DNA from: Pristiophorus japonicus
Lineage: Eukaryota
Length of the DNA stretch: 64,000 nt
Direction: 5' to 3'
Assembly: GCF_044704955.1 (NCBI RefSeq)
Contig: NC_091995.1
Coordinates: 57,164,001-57,228,000, forward strand
The notes under the pieces were generated by a model that saw only the letters and a program-made list of their open reading frames with translations, did not search any database and was not told where the DNA came from. The position numbers and the translations under genes were made by a program. Shown in pieces: positions 1 to 9,174 of the stretch (the first letter of the stretch is position 1; every line of letters begins with the position of its first letter).

Positions 1-432
1 TTCTCTCAGGGTTCATGTTCTAACTCCTCTCTCTCTTTCTCTCTCGGGGTTCATGTACTAACTCCCCTTTCTCTCTCTGTCTCTCTCTCCCTCTCTCTCT
101 CTCTCTCGGGGTTCATGTACTAACTCCTCTCTCTCTCTCGGAGTTCCGGTACTAACTCCCCTTTCTCTCTCCCTCTCTCTCTTTCTCTCAGGGTTCATGT
201 TCTAACTCCTCTTTCTCTTTCTCTCTCTCTCTCTCGGGGTTCATGTACTAACTCCCCTTTTTCTTTCTCTCTCTCGGGGTTCATGTACTAACTCCCCTTT
301 TTCTCTCACACTCTCTCTCTCTCTCTCTCTCGGGGTTCCTGTACTAACTCCCCTTTCTCTCTCACTCTCTCTCGCACACTCTCTCTCTCTCTCAGGGTTC
401 CTGTACTAACTCCTCTTTTTCTCTCTTTCTCT

Positions 433-490
<58 letters not shown>

Positions 491-584
491 CTCTCTCTCT
501 CTCTCTCTTGGGGTTCATGTACTAACTCCACTCTCTCACTCTCACTCTCACTCTCTCTCTGTCGGGGTTCCTGTACTAACTCCC

Positions 585-615
<31 letters not shown>

Positions 616-871
616 ACACTCTCTCTCGGGGTTCATGTACCAACTCCTCTCTCTCTCACTCTCACACTCTCTCTCACACTCCCTCTCTCTCTCTCTCTCT
701 CTCTCGGGGTTCCTGTACTAACTCCCCTTTCTCTGTCTTTCTCTCTCTCCTCTCTCTCTCTCTCTCGGGGTTCCTGTACTAACTCCCCTCTCTCTCTCTC
801 TCTCTCTCACACTCTCTCTCGGGGTTCATGTACCAACTCCTCTCTCTCTCACTCTCACACTCTCTCTCACA

Positions 872-902
<31 letters not shown>

Positions 903-1090
903 GGGGTTCCTGTACTAACTCCCCTTTCTCTGTCTTTCTCTCTCTCCTCTCTCTCTCTCTCGGGGTTCCTGTACTAACTCCCCTCTCTCTCTCTCTCTCT
1001 CTCTCTCGGGGTTCCTGTACTAATCCCCCTTTCTCTCACACTCTCTCTCTCTCGGGGTTCCTGTACTAACTCCCCTTTCTCTCTCTCTCA
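1..1090 (+). repeat. intronic compound minisatellite: GGGGTTC(A/C)TGTACTAACTCC(CCTTT) plus variable (CT)n/(CA)n
   Basis: About 19 copies visible, about 14 with exact TACTAAC. Confidence 0.95.
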
Positions 1091-1091
1091 G

Positions 1092-1355
1092 TTGCTCCCG
1101 CCGTGTCCTTTACCCGTCTAGGCGATGCTGGACGCCTGTCCTGTGTCGCCACCGGGTTTTACCCTCAAGCCATCGAGGTGACTCTGCGGAGAGACGGGAA
1201 GTTCCTCGATGAGACCCTGTCCAGTGGGATCCTTCCCAACCACGACGGCACCTACCAGATCAACAGATGGATGGAGTTTGACCCCGAGGACCAGGGCAGG
1301 TTCTCCTGTGAGGTGGGGCACGGCGGGCTCGAGGAGAAAGTCATCGTGTTTTATG
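1092..1355 (+). CDS. MHC class I alpha-3 (Ig C1-set) exon
   Basis: AG at 1090-1091 after a branch point and CT tract; GTAAG donor at 1356; motifs LSCVATGFYP, PNHDGTYQ and FSCEVGH. Confidence 0.95.
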
Positions 1356-4255
1356 GTAAGTCTGAGAGAGGATTCGGTCTCACTGTGAGCACAGGGTCAG
1401 TGCTGAGCTGTGTGAGGGTTCAGTCTCACTGTGTGAGGGTCAGTGCTGAGCTGTGTGAGGGTCCAGTCTCACTGTGAGGGTCAGTGCTGAGCTGTGTGAG
1501 GGTCCAGTCTCACTGTGTGAGGGTCAGTGCTGAGCTGTGTGAGGGTCCAGTCTCACTGTGAGCACAGGGTCAGTGCTGAGCTGTGTGAGGGTCCAGTCTC
1601 ACTGTGAGCACAGGGTCAGTGCTGAGCTGTGTGAAGGTCCAGTCTCACTGTGTGAGGGTAAGTGCTGAGCTGTGTGAGGGTCCAGTCTCACTGTGTGAGG
1701 GTCATGCTGAGCTGTGTAAGGGTCCAGTCTCACTGAGGGTCAGTGCTGAGCTGTGTGAGGGTCCAGTCTCATTGTGTGAGGGTAAATGCTGAGCTGTGTG
1801 AGGGTCCAGTCTCACTGTGAGCACAGGGTCAGTGCTGAGCTGTGTGAGGGTCCAGCCTCACTGTGAGCACAGGGTCAGTGCTGAGCTGTGTGAGGGTCGA
1901 GTCTCACTGTGAGCACAGGGTCAGTGCTGAGCTGTGTGAGGGTCCAGTCTCACTGTGAGCACAGGGTCAGTGCTGAGCTGTGTGAGGGTCCAGCCTCACT
2001 GTGAGCACAGGGTCAGTGCTGAGCTGTGTGAGGGTCCAGTCTCACTGTGAGCACAGGGTCAGTGCTGAGCTGTGTGAGGGTCCAGTCTCACTGTGAGCAC
2101 AGGGTCAGTGCTGAGCGGTGTGAGGGTCAGTGCTGAGCTGTGTGAGGGTCCCGTCTCACTGTGAGCACAGGGTCAGTGCTGAGCTGCGATATTACAGTCT
2201 CTCTCTCTTGTAGATTGCTGACGTGTGACACTCTCTCTCTCTCTCTCTCTCTCCCTCTCTCCCTGATTCTCTCTCTCTCCCTCTCTCCCTGATTCTCTCT
2301 CTCTCCCTGTCTCCCTGATTCTCTCTAACAGTGCCGAAGCCTGTTTCCCAGGTGTCTATTATTGTCGTAGTGCTCGGTCTCGCGCTGGTCATCCTTCTCG
2401 GCATTGTGGCTGTCGTCATCTACAAAAAAAAAGGTAGGAATTGAGAGAAAATGGGCAGGTCCTTACTGGGGGAGGGGGGGTTCTCTGGGCAGGTCCTCAC
2501 TGGGGGAGGGGGGTCTCTGGGCAGGTCCTCAGTGGGGGAGGGGGGGTGGTCTCGGCATGTCCTCACTGGGCGAGGGGGGGGTCTCTGGGCAGGTCCTCAC
2601 TGGGAGAGGGGGGTCTCTGGGCAGGTCCTCACTGGGGGAGGGGGTTCTCCGGGCAGGTCCTCACTGGGGGAGGGGGGTCTCTGGGCAGGTCCTCACTGGG
2701 AGAGGGGAGTCTCTGGGCAGGTCCTCACTGGGGGAGGGGGTTCTCTGGGCAGGTCCTCACTGGGGGAGGGGGATCTCTGGGCAGGCCCTCACTGGGGGAG
2801 GGGGGTCTCTGGGCAGGCCCTCACTGGGGGAGGGGGGTCTCTGGACAGGTCCTCACTGGGGGAGGGGGTTCTCTGGGCAGGTCCTCACTGGGGGAGGGGG
2901 ATCTCTGGACAGGTCCTACACTGGGGGAGGGGGGGTTTCTGGGCAGGTCCACACTGGGGGAGGGGGGTCTCTGGGCAGGTCCTCACTGGGGGAGGGAGGT
3001 CTCTGGGCAGGTCCTCACTTGGGGAGGGGGGTCTCTGGGCAGGTCCTCACTGGGGGAGGGGGGGTCTCTGGGTAGGTCCTCACTGGGGGAGGTGGGTCTG
3101 GGCAGGTCCTCACTGGGGGAGGGGGGGTTTCTGGGCAGGTCCACACTGGGGGAGGGGGGTCTCTGGGCAGGTCCTCACTGGGGGAGGGGGGTCTCTGGGC
3201 AGGTCCTCAGTGGGGGAGGGGGGTCTCTGGACAGGTCCTCACTAGGGCAGGGGGGGTCTCTGGGCAGGTCCTCACTGGGGGAGGTGGGTCTGGGCAGGTC
3301 CTCACTGGGGGAGGGGGGGGGTTTCTGGGCAGATCCTCACTGGGGGAGGGGGGGTTTCTGGGCAGGTCCTCACTGGGGGAGGGGGGGTCTCTGGGCAGGT
3401 CTTCACTGGGGGAGGGGGGGTTTCTGGGCAGGTCCTCACTGGGGGAGTCTCTGGGCAGGTCCCCACTGGGGGAGGGGGGTCTGGGCAGGTCCTCACTGGG
3501 GAAGGGGTCTCTGGGCAGCTCCTCACTGGGGGAGGGGGGTCTCTGGGCAGCTCCTCACTGGGGGAGAGGGGGTCTCTGGGCAGGTCAACAGTGGGGAAGG
3601 GGGGGTGCTTTGGGCAGGTTCTCACTGGGGGAGGGGTTTCTGGGCAGGTCCTCACTGGGGGAGGGGGTTCTCTCGGCAGTTCAGAACTGGGGGAGAGGGG
3701 TCTTGGGGTACAGGAAGTGGAGCGATAGATTGGGAGCCTGGGGGTGTGGGTGGAGAGGGTGAATTGGGGGGTCCCAGGGAATGAGGTAGTTTGAGTGTCA
3801 CCATCTCTCCCTGTTGCTCCGAGTTTCCTCGGCCCTCTCTGACTGTCGTTATGGTCTCACTAACCGAGGGCTCCTTGTTTTACAGCGGGGAAGGAGAGCG
3901 GCTACAATCCTGCGAAGAATAAGTTTACCTCGAACCACAGCGGGATCTTCACTTAACTCTGTCTCTCTGACGGGACGGGGGGGGTCTGTCTCTCTGATGG
4001 GGTGGGGGGTGGGTGGTGTCTCTCTCTCTCTCTGATGGTGGGGGGGGGGGCGGCAGTGGGGTGTCTCTATGTCCCTCTGACGGGGGCTGGGGTCTGTCCC
4101 TTTGACGGGGGAGGGTCTGTCTCTCTGAAGGTGTGTACGGGTCGGGGGGGTTCTGTCTCTCTGTGTATGATGGTGAACAGTTTTTAACACCAGTCTTTCC
4201 ATTAACAGCTTGTGATAAAGGGGAATCCCTACCAAACTCCTCCATCCCGGCCTAA
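1092..4255 (+). CDS. UAA: MHC class I heavy chain, shark UAA-like, 3' part only: join(1092..1355,2332..2433,3886..3918,4209..4255). Leader, alpha-1 and alpha-2 exons lie upstream of the window.
   Basis: Four phase-1 exons splice in frame to VAPAVSFTRLGDAGRLSCVATGFYPQAIEVTL...GILPNHDGTYQINRW...FSCEVGHGGLEEKVIVFY / VPKPVSQVSIIVVVLGLALVILLGIVAVVIYKKK / AGKESGYNPAK / TCDKGESLPNSSIPA*. Resembles the nurse shark UAA alpha-3 and tail as I recall them. Classical versus non-classical status cannot be judged without alpha-1/alpha-2. Confidence 0.88.
1378..2186 (+). repeat. intronic minisatellite, ~45-bp unit CTCACTGTGAGCACAGGGTCAGTGCTGAGCTGTGTGAGGGTCCAGT
   Basis: Direct tandem copies. Confidence 0.95.
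2332..2433 (+). CDS. MHC class I connecting peptide/transmembrane exon
   Basis: AG at 2330-2331, GTAGG donor at 2434; hydrophobic run followed by YKKK stop-transfer. Confidence 0.92.
2452..3695 (+). repeat. intronic G-rich minisatellite, ~31-bp unit CTCTGGGCAGGTCCTCACTGGGGGAGGGGGGT
   Basis: Direct tandem copies with variable G-run length. Confidence 0.95.
3886..3918 (+). CDS. MHC class I cytoplasmic exon 1 (33 nt, Tyr motif GYNPAK) with non-canonical donor
   Basis: CTAAC branch site at ~3860, ttttacAG acceptor at 3884-3885; 33-nt size and YxxA motif typical of the class I cytoplasmic exon; followed by ATAAGT rather than GTAAGT. Confidence 0.85.
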
Positions 4256-4256
4256 G
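4209..4256 (+). CDS. MHC class I cytoplasmic exon 2 with stop codon (TAA 4253-4255)
   Basis: aacAG acceptor at 4207-4208; encodes (T)CDKGESLPNSSIPA*; GTATGA donor at 4257. Confidence 0.85.
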
Positions 4257-4599
4257 GTATGAATATTATTGATCAATTGTGTGAGCAGGTCCTTCCCTGG
4301 GCTTCTGACTGGGATATTACAGCGGGTGTTTATTGTACCCTCTCGCGGGTGGAATCTCCGTTTAAAGGTATTAAAGACCATACAATGCAACACTGAGCGT
4401 TGGACTGGCCAGCTGGAGATGCTGGTCCTGCACAGTCTCAGGCCAGAGATATCGTGGGTGGGGGGTAAACACTTCTGATAGCATCTCACCCTGGACCTGG
4501 CCTCCTGTCAGCTGCTCAGTTTCATTTACGGGAATCGAATTTCCCTGAAATTGCTCAATGGGGTTTTGTGTTGTCTCTTCCCCCAGGATTCATTACTAC

Positions 4600-4932
4600 T
4601 GGTGTTTGGTGGGCAGGGCGGTCGCGTCTGATGGGGTTTGCTGGTGTTTGGGTCTGATGGGATTTGTAGCTGATGTTTGGGGTCTGATGGGTTTATAGCT
4701 GGTGTTTGGGGTCTGATGGGATTTATAGCTGGTGTTTGGGGTCTGATGGGGTTTATAGCTGGTGTTTGGGGTCTGATGGGATTTATAGCTGGTGTTTGGG
4801 GTCTGATGGGGTTTATAACTGGTGTTTGGGGTCTGATGGGCTTTATAGTTGGTGTTTGGGCTCTGATGGGGTTTATAGCTGGTGTTTGGGGTCTGATGGG
4901 GTTTGTAGCTGGGGTTTGGAGTCTGGTGGGTT
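4600..4932 (+). repeat. 30-bp minisatellite GGTCTGATGGGGTTTATAGCTGGTGTTTGG
   Basis: About 10 tandem copies. Confidence 0.93.
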
Positions 4933-4972
4933 TGCCTTGCTCTGTAACCATCTATTTATTTATTTTCCCCAG

Positions 4973-5155
4973 TGGCGTCCCGTGTCCCGGTGATACTCCA
5001 AGGACGTCAGTCCACAGTCAGCGGGAGGAGTTGGTGAGAGAATTGGGGAGGGTGACTTTCCATCGCGGTTGATTGACAGCTCTGCGTCTGTGACCCTGTT
5101 TAACTGTAACAGTGGGGCTTGTAGATTATTAAACGTGTGTCTTTTCTGTATTGGG
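4973..5155 (+). other. probable terminal 3' UTR exon of the MHC class I gene
   Basis: Pyrimidine-rich acceptor ttattttccccAG at 4971-4972; ATTAAA at 5128-5133 followed by GT/T-rich sequence. An alternative acceptor exists at ~4586. Confidence 0.45.
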
Positions 5156-5207
5156 AGCCTGGTGATTTGAGCTTTGATCTGTTTATACTGCACATTCTCT
5201 GGGATGT

Positions 5208-5762
5208 CATCAGCAGGCCAGGGCCATTAGAGGGAGCAGCATGCGCCGGCCCAGCCCAGAAATCGGCGCGGTCCTGGCCTGCAAGACCATCAGCAGGCCG
5301 GGGCCATTAGAGGGAGCAGCGTGCGGTGGCATACCACTGCAGGGAGCAGCGTGTGCTGCTGCAGGAGGGCGACGGCTGATTGCAGTGCGGGCAGGTACAG
5401 CAAGAGTGGCGAGGTCGGGGCAAAGGAGCGGCAAGAGTTCGTACAGGGATGTGATTGGGGCTTAGGAGAGGTGAGGGCGCAGGGGCAGCACGGGCCAGCC
5501 CACACTGCGTGCGATATGTGTGTGCACTAAGTACATGCAGCAGAGCTGGTCTCCAGTCATCTTGGTTAATCCTTGCCACTGGACCAAGACCTAGCTCTAT
5601 CAAGCCCCCACCATGTTAAAAAATCCACGCACAGGTATCTTCCACCCTTCAGGATGTAGTTCGAGATCTGGAATATTAGGTCCTTCATTGAAACACTTGT
5701 GAACACTTCCCTTTTCAGCGTGGAAGCAAGTCAAACTCATTTCGAGGGACTTACGATGCTGA
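5208..5762 (+). mobile_element. non-autonomous SINE-like retroposon with RTE-LINE-type 3' tail
   Basis: 11-bp TSD CTCTGGGATGT (5197-5207 and 5763-5773); 3' end GTGGAAGCAAGTC...TTCGAGGGACT matches the RTE ends at ~33320 and ~50195. Confidence 0.8.
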
Positions 5763-6394
5763 CTCTGGGATGTTGAACTATTCACTGGTTTCACTGCAGG
5801 GGCTTGTTTTCACTATTGCTTTTTAAAGGTTAAATCTTTTAAAATTTCCCTGAGACAAGGGAGCGAATTCTAGGGGAGAATGACCCTGATCTCCATCTCT
5901 CCCCCACTGCGTTTCTGGTTTGATTGTCAGATGTGCTGACTGGGATTGGAGACACACTCGCACTCAGTCCAACCGGTCCTTGGTCGACTGTGGAGCCCAC
6001 AGAACCTGCCCCCGGGCGGGTAGTGGGAGGCTACCCGAGGCAGTCCCGGGGGGGGGTGGGGAGGTGTCTCTGAGATAATCCTAGGCGGGGGGGCTCCCCG
6101 AGACAGTCACCGGGCGAGGGGTGTCTCCGAGGCACGAGACTTTCCGTCCTGAGGGGCCGGGCGCGGGTGGCGGGGATGTGAGGCACTGACCTATGGGCTG
6201 AATTTGGGGCAGATTTCGATCGCTGGGAGATCAGGGAACCTATGATGAGATTTTTTTTTGTGGGGTGGGAGGGGGTTGTGCTTTGCAAATGGGACTCTGT
6301 TGCTGTAATTTTGTCTTTCCTGACATCCGATAATAATTGAGGTTTGTACTCCACTTCCTGACTCTGTCTAATTCATCTCATGGTGGGAAAATCA

Positions 6395-8912
6395 GAGCCA
6401 GTTATGGATGAAATGACCAGGTTTCTAGGTGACGAGGTAATAATAAATACATAGCCACCACAGATTTCAGAAGGGAAAACCGTGCTTGCCAAAGCTGAGT
6501 TCTTTGAGGAGGTAACAGACAAGGTGAGGGCAATGCGGTGGATGTAGTGCACACAGACTTTCGGAAAGCCTTTGTCAAGGTGCTACATGGGGCATTATTA
6601 GAGAAGATGGGATGCATCCTGGGTTACTGAGGAAAGTAAGGGTGGAGGTTGCAGAGGTTCTGGCTACAATCTTTTAATCCAGAGAACTGGAGGGTTGCAA
6701 ATGTTACACACCTCTTCAAACAGGGGGAGAGAGATAAACCCTGCAACTACCAGCCAGTCAGCCTAACGTCAGTGATGGGGAAACTTCGAAACTATAATCC
6801 AGGACAAAATATATTGTCACTTGGAAACAAATAGATTAATAAATGACAACCAACATGGCTTTGTTAAAAGCAAATCGTGTTTGACTAACTTGATTGAGTT
6901 CTTTGAAGTAATGTAGAGGGTTGATGAGGGAAGTGCGGTTGATGCTATGTATATGGACTTTCAAAAGGCCTTTGATAAAGTGTCACATAATTAATTTGTT
7001 AGCAAAAGTGAAGCCCATGGGATGAAAGGGTCAGTAATGGGACACATGGATGCGAAATGGGACAGAAAGCAGAGAGTAGTGGTGTTTTTCAGACTGGAGA
7101 GACAAATACAGTGGTGTTCCCCAGGGGCCAGTATTGGGACCACTGCTCTTTTTGACATATAACAACTTATATTGCATGCTTTGACAGTCGCTTGGAGGGA
7201 GGTCGCACCTAATTCTAGGCAAACAAGGATACAATAGTCTGTGCAAGATAATGGCTGGTTGAAACTAGACAGAGTGGAGACAATGAGTTTTGGCTGATGC
7301 AAGAGCATGCATGCACCAGACCCATAAGGAAAGGTTAAGGCCATCCAATAGTTGATGAGGTTATCTAACAGTAATTTGAGTTCATTCATTATATTTCAAT
7401 ACTTCCTAACTTAAGGGAGAAGCACGTTTTTAGATACATCACTATTATCATTCCTTTAATAAAGCTGCCATTTCATGTCTCTCTACTTTCTCATTTAAGC
7501 ATTTTTATGAAGAAGATTGTAGTAGACTTCAAGAAGACATAGACAAGCTGGTGGAATGGGCAGTCACATGGCAGATGAAATTCAGCACCGAAAAGTGCGA
7601 GGTGATCCATTTTGGTCGGAAGAATGAGGAGAGAGAGAATGCAAGCTTAATGGTACAATTTTAACGGGGTACAAGAAGAGAGAGACCTGGGGTTGCTTGT
7701 GCACAAGTCTCTGAAGATGGCGGGCAGGTTAACAATGCATATGGGATCCTGGGCTTTATAAATACAGGCATAGAGCTGGATTTTCTGGTCTTGTGCACTG
7801 TTTTTCGGAGCGATGGCAATGGTGGCGGTGGGACCGTCTGCGGCCCGGAGCGATCCTCGGGTCCGGTTTTGTGGCGGCCTGGAGCAGCACCGCCAGGAAG
7901 AGCTGCCCTGGGTGTGCAATGCCCCTGGTTGCAACGTTTTGCAGCGTGGGTTTTGACTCTTGCCCGACCCGACCGCAATGACCGCCTGGGAAATCAGGGC
8001 AGTCCAACCATCCCATCGGCGAAGAGGTGAGTAATGGACTCCTAAGGTAAGTGTGACTGTTTTTTCTCAAATTTTTACCGATTTGTGTTGTGGCGTGAGC
8101 AATGTTTTGGGAATGGTTGTGTGTTTTTTTTTAAAGTTTCCCCCTCTCCCCAGAGGTCTCTGAGTGCTCCCAACCCGGCCCTTTAGCTCGGGAGTTTCCC
8201 ATTGTGCGTCAAGAGAAGTCTACAATGCCTCCCTTAGCGCTGTGCTCTCTGACTCGGGACCCAGAGGCCCAAACTTCATTACTAAAGCGCAAACTATTCC
8301 TGGCCACTAACTTTCCCGCCCCACCACCATTATCACCACGGAAACATAAAAGCCTAAAATCCAGCCCATCGAGTACAAAAGCCAGCAAGTTATGCTAAAC
8401 CTATATAAAACACTAGTTCGGCCCCAGCTGGAGTATTGTGTCCAATTCTGGGCTTTGGAGAGGGTACAATTGAGACTTACTGGAATGATACCAGGGATGA
8501 GAGATTGCAGTTTGGTGATAGACTGGAGAAGCTGGAATTGTTCTCCTTAGAGCAGAGAAGGTTTGGAGGAGATTTGATAGAGGTGTTTAAAACCATGAAG
8601 GGTTTAAACAGAATAAATTAAAAAAACTGGCAGAAGGGTCAGTAACGAAGGGGTACAATTGGCAAAAGAACCAGAGGTGACATGAGGAAAAACATTTTTA
8701 CGCAATGAGTGGTCAGGACTTGGAATGCACTGCTTGATAGGGTGGTAGATACAGGTTTAATAGTGGCCTTGAGAAGGGAATTTGATAAATACTTGGAGAA
8801 AAAATTGCAGGGACATGGGGAAAGAGCAGGAGAGTGAGACTCTTCGAAAGAGCCGAGGCAGACTTGATGGGCCGCATGGTCTAATTCTGTGTTGCCCTAT
8901 TCTATGATTCTC
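6395..8912 (+). mobile_element. decayed CR1 LINE ORF2/3' end, interrupted at ~7165-7510 and by a MITE at 7773-8367
   Basis: RT peptides NWRVANVT..NYQPVSLTS, DFQKAFDKV, VPQG; tail ATTCTATGATTCT. Confidence 0.85.
7773..8367. mobile_element. MITE, PIF/Harbinger-like
   Basis: TIRs GAGCTGGATTTT...AAAATCCAGCCC; 3-bp flanks ATA/ATC; CR1 sequence resumes exactly after it. Confidence 0.72.
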
Positions 8913-9174
8913 TAAGCCAACAGACCAACATGAGCCAAATCTCCAGTACCACAAACCTCCAGAACCACAATCTGAATGACAATTAAAGATTCCGATAACA
9001 AGCGGTACCAGGGATGTAGGCCTGTATAATACACTGTCTCTCACCACGAGTGTTTTCCTACTTGTTGGATTTGTCTCCCAGCTGCCTCATTGTTCTGAAG
9101 CATGCATAGGTGTTCTCGGCTACATCTTACAGACCTCAGCGGGAGTAATGTGTCCAATTCTAGGCTGTTAAGGC

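Noticed and set aside
1-1090. Constant repeat with variable spacers, CRISPR-like
   Set aside because: The spacers are CT/CA microsatellites, not unique sequences.
1180-1195. Missing Ig-domain core Trp in alpha-3 (IEVTL)
   Set aside because: As I recall, shark UAA alpha-3 domains also have Leu at this position, so it is not a defect.
1356-1477. ORF extension of alpha-3 suggesting a secreted isoform
   Set aside because: Runs past a consensus GTAAG donor into a minisatellite; no supporting evidence.
1378-2186. Repeated CACTGTG (RSS heptamer complement) and GAGCT switch-like motifs
   Set aside because: No convincing nonamer at 12 or 23 nt, and only one AGCT per unit; chance content of the repeat.
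2404-3784. Long Gly/Trp-rich ORFs (223-447 aa)
   Set aside because: Translations of an intronic G-rich minisatellite, open in several frames; read-through from the TM exon stops at once (YKKKGRN*).
5890-6230. GC-rich stretch with an AG acceptor at ~5930
   Set aside because: No recognisable product or matching donor; cannot be supported as an exon.
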